Below are positions 18,764 through 28,089 of a stretch of 64,000 nucleotides of DNA, piece by piece. Under the pieces are notes generated by a model. That model saw only the letters and a program-made list of their open reading frames with translations, did not search any database and was not told where the DNA came from. The translations under genes were made by a program, and so were the position numbers. Position 1 is the stretch's first letter. Each line of letters begins with the position of its first letter. Origin of the DNA: Bacteroidota bacterium. Lineage in GTDB: Bacteria; Bacteroidota; Bacteroidia; Chitinophagales; Chitinophagaceae. The stretch lies in the NCBI GenBank assembly GCA_029555415.1, contig JAKPSI010000067.1, positions 18,515 to 82,514 of the forward strand. Reading direction: 5' to 3'.

Positions 18764-21700
18764 TTATTCTTCTTTCGGCTTTTCAGCATCAGCGGGAACC
18801 TTTTCCGCTTTCTTCTTTTGCTGATTCGTTCCTGTTTTCTTTTTTTCGAACAGACGGTCGAAGTCCTTGCGGTAGGCAAGACTCGCACCCGCGCTTTTAT
18901 TGTTCTTACCCGCCCCACTGGAAGTGGAGGTCAGGTAATCGAGGTTTTCGCGGTAAAAGATCGTGGCACGCAGTGTACCGCTGGGGTTGATCAGGAAGTC
19001 GACCGTGAAGTTCGGCAGGATCGCCACCGATTGTTGGATCGCGGTTTGCAAAGGCACATCGAAAGTATAGCCAACATTCACCACGATACGGTCCTGCAGC
19101 ATCGAGATCGGAACATTCACACCTACCTGACTCTGGTTGAAAGTGAATTTGTTCGAAGTAGCCTGATCGAGCAGGTTACGGTTGTACAGAGAGCCGCTCA
19201 GGTTGATGCGGATGTTGTTCGATTTGAAGATACTGGCCAGTGATTTGTTCAGCAGGTTATTGACCTGTTCGAACAGGATACCGGAAATACTGGACGCGAA
19301 TTCATTCAGCGTACTGCCGATACCGGTATAAGTGGTATTCTCCGGTGGCGCGAAACTGTTGAATACGATCAGGAAGGTGACCTGACGGTTGATGTCGTTA
19401 TCATTCTTCTCCAGCTGGGAAATGGTGAGCGATACGGAGGGATCGGTCGTGGCTTTACTGTTGGCCGGGAACTCCAGTTTGAATTTGAATTTCGGATCGA
19501 ACAGTTCATTGTACATGTTCGCGACGATGTACACGTTCTCCCGATAAGAAGCAACGGACTGGTCACCGATCACATTGGCCAGCGGCGCGAAGCTCACATT
19601 CTCTGCTGTATAGACCGCGTCGAAATTGATCTTGGCTTTATAAGGATCACCATTCCATTCAATATAGTTATCCGCGCCTTTACGCAGTACGAAAGGTTTT
19701 TTGATGTACGACTGGAATGTGAAAAGATAATTACCATCCTGAATGTCGTACCGGCCGCGGATCGCCAGCGGTTCAGAAGTGCCGGAGTGGATGTTGAGCG
19801 TGCCTTCGCCGCGTCCTTTGATCTCATCACCTGTCAGCGGATCCAGTACCACTTTCACATTGACGAAATTGTTGGCGGTCACATCCACATCATACGTGAT
19901 GATGGAATTGTTCTTACCCAGACCACTGTCGCTCATCTCACGTCCGAATTTTCTTTCTACCAGGAAGTCGGCACCGGCCGTTACCCTGCTGTTCGTGGAA
20001 GGGATGGTGATATAACTGCTGTCCTTTTTGGAAGCGATGGCGCTGATCTGCATGAAGAGGTCGGATTCTTTACCTGTTAAGGAGAAGGATCCGGTACCAA
20101 ATGCTTTGCCGTAAAAGGCGCTGTTATCTTTCAGGGAAGTATTCAGCAGCAGTACGGGTTTGTTATTCTGATCACCTGTTGTTCCTTTCTTCCTTGTGGA
20201 AACACCAAGGTCGAAGAACATCTTGCGGAAGGATTGGTGCATGATCGTACCATTCAGATAAATGGGATTGCCCGTTGCCGTATCACGCAATACGATACCA
20301 TCCAGATCGATCTCGGTCGGTGTCAGTGAGACATCCGTATCCAGGATCTTATAGAAGCATTGTGTGAAATTCACTTTCAGTCCCGCATCTTCCAGTTTGG
20401 CTTTACCGGTTACACTGATATTATCCAGCGGTCCGTTCAGATCGATCGGTCCTGTTACAAAGCCCTGCAGGTCCGAGAACAGTTCACTGAGGAAGCGTTC
20501 CAGGATCTTCACGGGATAGCGGTAGGTGGAAAGGCTGATATGATTGTCTTTCGCTTTTTCTTTGTCCTTTACATTCAATGCAAGATTGAATGCAACACGG
20601 TGAGCGGTATCCAGATTCGTTCCTTTACCTGTCAGTGCTCCGGTCGCGTTATCATAGTCGATGTGTCCGCTGAAACTACCGAGTGAATCATTGTCGAGCA
20701 CGATGCCATTCGCTTTCAGGTCGGCCTTGGCATTGAATTTATGGACGGGGTCCTCGATCGTGATCCTGCCGGTGCTGGTTCCTTCCAGCCGGTTACGCGG
20801 CAGGAAGTAAGGGGAGAAGTCGCCCAGGTTCACATTATTCAATTCCACCAGCAGGTCATTCCAGTCGCCTTTTCCGGGAACGGTTTGTAAACGGATCTCC
20901 TGATTGCTTTCACGCAACAGTAACTGACCGGAAGCGGGTGAGTTGGTACGGAGTACGAGTTCACCGCTGTTATCGACCGACCAGGTTTTACCATTCACCG
21001 TGAAGGTGGAGGGATCGAAATCGATCTTCACACCATCATCATAGGTCATGACCAGTGCATTGATATCCGCTTTCTCCACTTTCTGGTTCGCACCGGTCTG
21101 GATGGAAATGCGGGAGGAATCATTCCTTGCCATCACGTGGAAAGTGGTGAGCGGAACATTGAGGCTGTCGTTGATGCGGATGTTCTTGGCTACGCCGGTG
21201 AGTGAGATGCTGTCACGGTTACCTGTTGCCGCAATACCCACATCATCGAAATTATATTGCTTGTATTTGAACTGGGGTACATCCGCGTGCAGGTCCAGTT
21301 CATTCTGCCCCAGGTCCAGTTTGCCGTAAAAGTGACTGTTGTTGAGGCCCGACATACTGGTGTCGATCAGCTGCAGATAATCTTCCACCCATAGAGTGGT
21401 GATGTCGAAACTGATGGACTGATTCTTCGGCAGTCGCGCAGGTGGCTGGATGTAAGCAGGATAATATTTGCTGAGGAAATACGTGAACGTGGCAGGCAGG
21501 TCACGGATACTGAAGTCGCCGATCACGGATCCACGGAATTCATTGGATGCGAAGTTGAAAGTTTTCTGACCGTTCTCGATATAGGAATCGATCACCAGTG
21601 AGTCGAAGGGCAGAGGTTGCCCGTTACGGGTGATCTCCGCTTCGGTCACACGCGCTTTACCCAGGAAGTTATCGATATCGTTACTGATGAAGTCGAGGTT

Positions 21701-23635
21701 GAATTTTCCTTTCGCGCGGATATCATCCTTCGTGATATGCAGACTTTTCAGTTGAGCGTAACGCAGGTCAGCCAGCAGATCGAAGCGCGGTACTTTCTGA
21801 TTGTAATCGATCACGCCATTAAGGGTGAAGTCGAGGTTCGGGTCATCGATGGAAGCGATACCATCAAAGAGTTTCTTATCCAGTTTTCCCTTCAGAGTGA
21901 TATTGTGATATCGGTATTGCTGATAGTCAGCATAACGGATCGTACCATCAACGGTGGCATTGCGTTCGGTAGCTTTGAAGCCCCTGCCTTTCACGATCCC
22001 TTTCATGGAGATCTGGCCGAGGTCTTTTTCGCCCAGGAATTTCCCGAGGTTGAAATTTTCGGTGGCAATGGTACCGGAATACACAGGTTCCTGTTTTGCG
22101 GGCAGCTTCATGTTCAGGTCGCTCGTCACGGTTCCCAGGTTGGTCTCAATGGTGCCGAATGTCACGAAGTCGCGGATGAAACCTGTGAAACTGCCTTTGA
22201 ATGTCAGGTAGGTGATGCTGCGCAGATCGGGACTGGTCACTGAACGCATGGCCGGTACAATGGCCACCGCGTCAGCATAGGTGGTTCGGAAATCATTCGC
22301 TTTGAAGTCGATGAAGGTCTGGTTGATGTCCGGCAATCCGGTCATGGAGATATCCCCGTTGAGGAAGGTACTGTTACCGGCGGCAGCGCGTATGTTCTTT
22401 CCCGTTAGTGCATCGATGGGGCCGCTGACATAACCGGAAAGACTGATCTTCTTTTTCCAGGTCCGGAGTTCCGGTGCGAAATAACCGATGTCATCGCTGT
22501 CGATATCCGCGTTATCGAAATTGCCCTGCAGGGTTATGGCATGCAGGAAGTCATCCATATCACTGAAGTCATCATAGCTCATCCGGAAATGATCGCGGAT
22601 GCGGCTGTTATTGGTTTGCAGATCGAGCTTCCGGAAGTCCATTTCCTTCGGGGTCCACTTCAGCGATGCGGTCATGCTTTTCACTTCGATGCCACTGCGT
22701 TCCTTTGTACTCAGTTGCAGGTCGGTCCGGATCGTATCCTTATCCCATTGCAGGTTCTTAAAAGTTCCGTAGATCGACTGGAAGTCGATATGTTGCCCGT
22801 CGAAGAAGCTGTAAGCGGCTCTTTCGGTTTCGCGGTCATCCGTAAAATGTCCGTTACGGATCTTCAGTTCTTTCGTGGTCAGGTCCCAGCCGGCTTTATT
22901 CCATTGCAGGCCAGTGGCGGCTTTGGCGAGTGCGGTGACAGGGTTCAGCGTGTCTTTACGGGGTGGTCTTCTTCCGTCATAGCCCCGGATACTGAACAGC
23001 GGTTCGTCAATGACAATGGAAGTGATATTCGCTTTTTTGGCGGAGAGGTCGATCTTTTCCGCTTTCATTTTCAAACCACCGAGATGCAGCTGCATGTCCT
23101 GTCCCACCCATTCATCTTTCTGCAAAAATGAAACATTGAGGAGGTCCAGTTCTTTGATGTCGATCTTCAGTCCGCCGCTTTTTTTCGAAGTATCGCTGGA
23201 AGAGGATGAAAAATAATCGAACAGGAATTGCTGGCTCCAGACGGAATCATGCCGCTGGAATTTCACGACGGCATCCGTGAGACCGATGTATTTGAGCTCG
23301 GCGGATTTCTTGAGGAAGAACCAATCCGTGATCTTCACGTTGAGATCACCGGCATAAATGAGTGTGTCTTTTTGCTGGTCCCGGATCATGAACCCTTCCA
23401 TATGCATCCGGTTGAAGAGGGAGAAGTTGACATGACGGACCGAGACCTCTGTATGGAGGTCATTTGATAAGCGTTTGGTCACCCGGCCAATGATAAAGTT
23501 CTGACCCCAGGGAGTATTGATGAATATCCACAGTGAGAGCAGCAGGAAAATGATCGTCAGCAGCGTCCAGCGTAATATTTTTTTAAATCTCTTCAGCCTC
23601 AGCATTTTAGCTATGTAAAAATAGGCATTCGGCAC
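18764..23635 (-). CDS. TamB/AsmA-family translocation-and-assembly-module protein (DUF490-type)
   Basis: 1623 aa. One N-terminal TM helix, then a very long beta-rich body with the typical AsmA-like N-region. Its stop directly abuts the ribBA stop with zero intergenic bases. Confidence 0.65.
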   Translation of the reverse strand: MPNAYFYIAKMLRLKRFKKILRWTLLTIIFLLLSLWIFINTPWGQNFIIGRVTKRLSNDLHTEVSVRHVNFSLFNRMHMEGFMIRDQQKDTLIYAGDLNVKITDWFFLKKSAELKYIGLTDAVVKFQRHDSVWSQQFLFDYFSSSSSDTSKKSGGLKIDIKELDLLNVSFLQKDEWVGQDMQLHLGGLKMKAEKIDLSAKKANITSIVIDEPLFSIRGYDGRRPPRKDTLNPVTALAKAATGLQWNKAGWDLTTKELKIRNGHFTDDRETERAAYSFFDGQHIDFQSIYGTFKNLQWDKDTIRTDLQLSTKERSGIEVKSMTASLKWTPKEMDFRKLDLQTNNSRIRDHFRMSYDDFSDMDDFLHAITLQGNFDNADIDSDDIGYFAPELRTWKKKISLSGYVSGPIDALTGKNIRAAAGNSTFLNGDISMTGLPDINQTFIDFKANDFRTTYADAVAIVPAMRSVTSPDLRSITYLTFKGSFTGFIRDFVTFGTIETNLGTVTSDLNMKLPAKQEPVYSGTIATENFNLGKFLGEKDLGQISMKGIVKGRGFKATERNATVDGTIRYADYQQYRYHNITLKGKLDKKLFDGIASIDDPNLDFTLNGVIDYNQKVPRFDLLADLRYAQLKSLHITKDDIRAKGKFNLDFISNDIDNFLGKARVTEAEITRNGQPLPFDSLVIDSYIENGQKTFNFASNEFRGSVIGDFSIRDLPATFTYFLSKYYPAYIQPPARLPKNQSISFDITTLWVEDYLQLIDTSMSGLNNSHFYGKLDLGQNELDLHADVPQFKYKQYNFDDVGIAATGNRDSISLTGVAKNIRINDSLNVPLTTFHVMARNDSSRISIQTGANQKVEKADINALVMTYDDGVKIDFDPSTFTVNGKTWSVDNSGELVLRTNSPASGQLLLRESNQEIRLQTVPGKGDWNDLLVELNNVNLGDFSPYFLPRNRLEGTSTGRITIEDPVHKFNAKADLKANGIVLDNDSLGSFSGHIDYDNATGALTGKGTNLDTAHRVAFNLALNVKDKEKAKDNHISLSTYRYPVKILERFLSELFSDLQGFVTGPIDLNGPLDNISVTGKAKLEDAGLKVNFTQCFYKILDTDVSLTPTEIDLDGIVLRDTATGNPIYLNGTIMHQSFRKMFFDLGVSTRKKGTTGDQNNKPVLLLNTSLKDNSAFYGKAFGTGSFSLTGKESDLFMQISAIASKKDSSYITIPSTNSRVTAGADFLVERKFGREMSDSGLGKNNSIITYDVDVTANNFVNVKVVLDPLTGDEIKGRGEGTLNIHSGTSEPLAIRGRYDIQDGNYLFTFQSYIKKPFVLRKGADNYIEWNGDPYKAKINFDAVYTAENVSFAPLANVIGDQSVASYRENVYIVANMYNELFDPKFKFKLEFPANSKATTDPSVSLTISQLEKNDNDINRQVTFLIVFNSFAPPENTTYTGIGSTLNEFASSISGILFEQVNNLLNKSLASIFKSNNIRINLSGSLYNRNLLDQATSNKFTFNQSQVGVNVPISMLQDRIVVNVGYTFDVPLQTAIQQSVAILPNFTVDFLINPSGTLRATIFYRENLDYLTSTSSGAGKNNKSAGASLAYRKDFDRLFEKKKTGTNQQKKKAEKVPADAEKPKEE

Positions 23636-23799
23636 CTTTACGCAAATTCAGTACCAAAGCCGGGTTCCCGGGCATGATCCTGAACGTTCACAGTGTAGTT
23701 GCCGGTGGGGCTGTTACAGAGGTAAAGTGGCCGGATAAATATGGTCAAATTCCATGCATGGATGCACGGGGCCGGCAATTTTCACTTTTAATTAGGGGC

Positions 23800-24474
23800 T
23801 TATTCCTTGTTACGGGTGTCCATGACAAGCCTGGAGTTATGGAACTTCCAGCCGAGGCAAAAACCGAAGGTGCGGTGGCGGATATCCGGCCCTTCATCCA
23901 CATTATCCAGACTGGCCAAACCGATACTGGCGGTGGCAAATACGGTAAGTCCGTTCTCAGATTCATAGCCGAGGTGCAGGATCCAGTTGGCAGAATAGCG
24001 GCCATAATCGTTGTATCCGAATTTCATCGGGCGGGAAACAGTGCCGCCACTGAGGGTATGGTATTTTTCTTTGGCGAACAGCTGGAAATCCAGCGTGGGC
24101 CCGGTTCTGATGAAACCGTGTGAAGGTTTCGCGGAGAAGTCGAGTTGCAGCGGTACCGCGGTTTCCAGGGTATGCATGCGGGTATCATTGTCAATGGCGG
24201 TCACATCCGGAGGCGCCTGATACTGGGTGAATTTCACCTTATAACCTTTCATACTGTAGAAGATGGAAGGCGCGAAATAGAGTTGTGATTCAAAAGCTAC
24301 TTTCATGCCTACACCGGTCTGGAATCCGTATTTAAAGGAGCTTTTTTGTTTCTCATCACGGATCTTATAACCGGCAGAACTGGCCTGGGGGCCGCCAAAA
24401 ACGGTCCATTCCACCTGGCTGCTGGCCAGCATGGGGATGATCAGAAAGAGCAGGGGGGTGGTGATGAATTTCAT
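23800..24474 (-). CDS. Small outer-membrane beta-barrel protein (OmpW/OMP_b-brl-like)
   Basis: Trimmed to MKFITTPLLFLIIPMLASSQ (signal peptide). Alternating aromatic beta-strands. The C-terminus is rich in aromatics. Confidence 0.5.
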   Translation of the reverse strand: MKFITTPLLFLIIPMLASSQVEWTVFGGPQASSAGYKIRDEKQKSSFKYGFQTGVGMKVAFESQLYFAPSIFYSMKGYKVKFTQYQAPPDVTAIDNDTRMHTLETAVPLQLDFSAKPSHGFIRTGPTLDFQLFAKEKYHTLSGGTVSRPMKFGYNDYGRYSANWILHLGYESENGLTVFATASIGLASLDNVDEGPDIRHRTFGFCLGWKFHNSRLVMDTRNKE

Positions 24475-24523
24475 GTACTGGTTCAGGCTAATGGTGGTTT
24501 CGGGCGGCAAAATAGAGGATTTC

Positions 24524-24560
24524 CCGCAGATTTCGCAGATATCGCGGATATCGCAGATTT
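24524..24560. repeat. CGCAGATWT x4 tandem array
   Basis: cgcagatttcgcagatatcgcggatatcgcagattt. This is the inverse of the array at 25101. Confidence 0.85.
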
Positions 24561-24648
24561 TCTCCGGAGTGCTGGCAAATCAAAAAGTGGAACAGTTGAA
24601 AGAAAGCATTGATTGAACTGAAAGGACGAAGCCTTCGATATGTCCTAA

Positions 24649-25026
24649 TTATAAATTATTCACCTTTCGGAATATGGATTTACTGATATTGGAAGAGTTG
24701 AAATTGACAAGTAATCCCAGTTTCAATCCGGATAGACGCAGGTAAGTCAGCACCTGTTTATGGTGAATTTCAGCGATCAGTTTTACAGACTTGACCTCAA
24801 TGATCACCTTCTCCTCTACCAGAATGTCGATCCTGAATCCTGAATGCATCGAATTGTTCTTATAGTAATAGGGCAACGACACTTCGTGTTTGATCTGTAA
24901 GCCCAATGACTTCAATTCGTCTGCCAGTGCTTTGCAGTACACGGACTCCAAAAGTCCCGGCCCCAGATTATTATAGACTTGAAATATGGCTTTTCTGATC
25001 AGATAGGAAATTTCATTCTCATGCAT
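24649..25026 (-). CDS. GxxExxY-family protein (PD-(D/E)XK nuclease fold)
   Basis: 'GPGLLESVY' motif, and 'RIDILVEEKVIIEVKSV' carrying the D..E.K catalytic-like motif. 125 aa, typical family length. Confidence 0.85.
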   Translation of the reverse strand: MHENEISYLIRKAIFQVYNNLGPGLLESVYCKALADELKSLGLQIKHEVSLPYYYKNNSMHSGFRIDILVEEKVIIEVKSVKLIAEIHHKQVLTYLRLSGLKLGLLVNFNSSNISKSIFRKVNNL

Positions 25027-25100
25027 ATTCTTTTCGGGTGAATGTATATTGGATCACAGTTGTTCAGTTTGGTGTTTTATGGGGGATTTTAAGTGTAAAC

Positions 25101-25140
25101 CATCTGCGTGATCTGCGTTTTCATCTGCGAAATCTGCGTT
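25101..25140. repeat. ATCTGCG x4 tandem array (about 10-bp period)
   Basis: catctgcgtgatctgcgttttcatctgcgaaatctgcgtt. Confidence 0.85.
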
Positions 25141-25235
25141 CCCCCACCGGGTTATGCAGATGTTTTTCACATCCCAAAAAGGCAAAGTACTGTGCGGAGG
25201 GGAATGGACGTTATTACTTTAGGAGAAAGAACAAG

Positions 25236-25499
25236 ATGAACAAAAATGATCTCCCCTTTTATCTTAGAAAAACCATCCACAAGGTCTTTAACAGCCTGGG
25301 GCCCGGCTTATTTGAATCCGTTTACGAGCAGGCATTATGCGAGGAATTGTCAGAAATGGGATTGAAATTCCGGCCAGCCCGCATGTGCTCCGGTGTTTGT
25401 AATGAACACGATCAGGAAACATCATCGATCCTCGTAGAGGAACAGGTGCTGGTCGGTACCGGAACTTATCCCTGGCGAGTTGAATTGTATCAGCCCTGA
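25236..25499 (+). pseudogene. Truncated/degenerate second GxxExxY-family gene
   Basis: An AGGAG RBS precedes it. 'FNSLGPGLFESVYEQALCEEL' is conserved, but the sequence diverges after about 50 aa and ends at 'ILVEEQVLV' without the E.K strand. 87 aa against 125 for the intact copy. Confidence 0.45.
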
Positions 25500-25547
25500 A
25501 ACCTTCGGTCGTTTTTCTATTATCAATCGCAATGCGGGGACATTGCA

Positions 25548-26099
25548 TCACTGATATTTTTTTGCCGGATCCTTGATGTCGGCTGAGCTGTTGTATCGCT
25601 CCGATCCGCCTTTGGGTATCGACAGACTTTTCCAGTTCTCATTCTGCAGCATCTTGCTGATGAAGATGATCTGTCCGATATGATAAGGGTAATGCGCCAA
25701 TTGGCGATTGATCGCGTCCGTAACAGTGAGCCCTTCATTGCGGATCGTCACCGTCTTCATCAGGTCATCCGGCTGTAATGCACGCAGCGCGCTGAGATAG
25801 CAGTCCCATCCTTTTTCCCATAAAGCAATGACCGCTTCTTTCTGCATCCGCTGTTCTTCAAATTCCGCATCACGCATCCGCCATTCTTTTTCTCCGTCTT
25901 CGGTCAGGAAATTCGTCCACCGGCTCAGCATATTCCCGGCCATATGCTGCACGATCACCGCGATGCTGTTGCTTTCACTTGTTGCCTGAAAATGCAATTG
26001 CTCTGTAGAGAGCGGTGCCATGGCTTTATCAGCAAGATCCTTGTAATAACTGACGCGTTTGACGACGGTGCTGAGGTAGTTTGCGGCTAATGTTTCCAT
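25548..26099 (-). CDS. DinB/YfiT-like (DUF1572-type) four-helix-bundle protein
   Basis: 183 aa with His-containing helices ('VIVQHMAGN', 'LAHYPYHIGQ'). Confidence 0.4.
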   Translation of the reverse strand: METLAANYLSTVVKRVSYYKDLADKAMAPLSTEQLHFQATSESNSIAVIVQHMAGNMLSRWTNFLTEDGEKEWRMRDAEFEEQRMQKEAVIALWEKGWDCYLSALRALQPDDLMKTVTIRNEGLTVTDAINRQLAHYPYHIGQIIFISKMLQNENWKSLSIPKGGSERYNSSADIKDPAKKYQ

Positions 26100-26107
26100 G
26101 ATGAAAT

Positions 26108-26263
26108 GGCTTATAGCTATTAGCTGTTAGTGTGTTCTAATTTACTTTTGTTTTACAGAAGAGCTTATGGCTTTCTCTCTTAACTCTTACCTATTACCTA
26201 TTACCTTTCACCTCTGTTATCCATTCTCAATTATCCATTATCCATTATCAATTATCCATTAAT
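26108..26263. repeat. Composite intergenic repeat: AGCT module + GTGTTCTAA + CTTACCT module + ATTATCC module
   Basis: ttatagctattagctgttagtgtgttctaa ... cttacctattacctattacctttcacc ... ttatccattctcaattatccattatccattatcaattatccatt. It ends at the ggt stop. Confidence 0.85.
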
Positions 26264-27988
26264 TCAAAATCCTTCCGCATCATCATCCCCCCGGTTATCC
26301 GCCACTGCTTCCATTTTACCGTTCGGTAATACGCGGATCACTTCAGTGCGGCCGATGCCACCGCGTTCCGCGAATTTATATCCGCGCTGCTGCAATGAAT
26401 CGCGTACCGCCTGCGGAAATCCCTTTTCTATGTTCAGTACATCCGGTAACCATTGGTGATGGAATTTCGGTTTGTATACCGCGTCCTCCGCACTCAGGTT
26501 GAATTCAATGATGTTCACGATCGTCTGGAATACGGAGGTCGGAATGGTCGTGCCACCCGGCGTTCCCACCACGATATAAGGTTTGTTGTCTTTCAGTACC
26601 AGTGTAGGGCACATGGAACTCAGCATGCGTTTGCCTGCAGCGATGGCATTCGCTTCGCCACCCACCGCGCCGTACATATTCGGCACCCCGGGCTTCACAC
26701 TGAAATCATCCATCTCATCATTCATGAAGAATCCCGCGCCACCTACAACGGTCTTGCTGCCGTAAGAGTTATTCAGTGTGGTCGTTACCGATACCGCATT
26801 ACCATCCTTATCCAATACACTCAGGTGAGTGGTCTCTTCACTTTCATGGCCCGTCGCTTGTCCGGGTTTGATCTGTGTGCTGTTACCCGCATGATCGGGA
26901 TCGTAATCCTTCATCCTTCCTGCCAGGTATTCGGGGGCAGTGAGCGCTTTCACCGGTACTTTATAGAAATCGGCATCGCCCATATATTCCGCACGGTCGG
27001 CATAAGCACGGCGTTCCACTTCGGTCATCAGTTGTACGGCCTGGGTGGACTGGAATCCAAACGCCCCGATATTCCGGTCCTCGATCATCTTCATCATCTG
27101 ATGCAGTAATAAACCGCCGCTGCTGGGCATCGGCATACCTACGATCGTGTATCCTTTATAATTGAATACATGCGGTTCGCGGGATTTGGCTTTGTAATTC
27201 TTCAGGTCTTCAGCAGTGATGATCCCTCCGCCTCTTTTCATTTCTTCACTGATCAGTCTTGCAGTTTCTCCTTCATAGAAACCTGCTTGTCCTTTATCCC
27301 GGATACGTTTTAAGGTAGCGGCCAGGTCCTTTTGGATCAATGTGTCGCCTTCTTTCCAGGGCACTGAACGCATGAACGCATTGGGTTGTGTATTGTATTT
27401 TTTCAGGTCGGCCTGCAATCCATTGTAAGCCGCCGCTTCGCGTTTCGTCAGTACGAATCCGCGTTCGGCCAGATCGATGGCCGGTTGTATCAGTGCCGTA
27501 AAAGATAGCTTCGCATATTTCATAGAGGCGAATATCCCCGCGATCGTTCCGGGTACACCGCTTGACAAATGTCCGTTCATGCTCTGACCTTCCCGCACAT
27601 TCCCTTTTTCATCCAGGTACATATCACGTGATGCGGATCCGGGAGCCATTTCACGGTAATCCAGTGTAACGAGTTTGCCGTCGGCCAGTCGCGCGACCAT
27701 GAACCCACCCCCTCCGATATTGCCCGCGTTGGGATACACTACGGCCAGTGCCAGTTGTGTGGCGATCGCTGCGTCCACGGCATTGCCGCCGCGTTTGAGC
27801 ATGGACAAGCCGACCTTGCTGGCCAGCGGATGTGCGGAAACCACAGCGCCATTCTCTGATTCGGTCCTTTTGTTTATTGTGTAACTATAAGGATCGATAT
27901 TGGCGACCCGGCTGATACCATGCTTCGGAGGGTCACAGGAAACGATCAGGGCCAGGAGACCGGCAGCGATGAAAAGTTTTTGCTTCAT
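26264..27988 (-). CDS. ggt: Gamma-glutamyltransferase, lipoprotein precursor
   Basis: Lipobox IVSC. The autoprocessing Thr is in context ('GHESEETTHLSVLDKDGNAVSVTTTLN'). 'GGGG' and 'GSxxG' motifs are present. 574 aa. Confidence 0.85.
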   Translation of the reverse strand: MKQKLFIAAGLLALIVSCDPPKHGISRVANIDPYSYTINKRTESENGAVVSAHPLASKVGLSMLKRGGNAVDAAIATQLALAVVYPNAGNIGGGGFMVARLADGKLVTLDYREMAPGSASRDMYLDEKGNVREGQSMNGHLSSGVPGTIAGIFASMKYAKLSFTALIQPAIDLAERGFVLTKREAAAYNGLQADLKKYNTQPNAFMRSVPWKEGDTLIQKDLAATLKRIRDKGQAGFYEGETARLISEEMKRGGGIITAEDLKNYKAKSREPHVFNYKGYTIVGMPMPSSGGLLLHQMMKMIEDRNIGAFGFQSTQAVQLMTEVERRAYADRAEYMGDADFYKVPVKALTAPEYLAGRMKDYDPDHAGNSTQIKPGQATGHESEETTHLSVLDKDGNAVSVTTTLNNSYGSKTVVGGAGFFMNDEMDDFSVKPGVPNMYGAVGGEANAIAAGKRMLSSMCPTLVLKDNKPYIVVGTPGGTTIPTSVFQTIVNIIEFNLSAEDAVYKPKFHHQWLPDVLNIEKGFPQAVRDSLQQRGYKFAERGGIGRTEVIRVLPNGKMEAVADNRGDDDAEGF

Positions 27989-28089
27989 AACAACGAATGT
28001 AAGACCTGTAAGGTACTAAAATACCGCTCCCGTATACGCTGTGCATAAATCATCCGGGTTTCCTAACTTGCCGGACTAAATCCTCAAAC

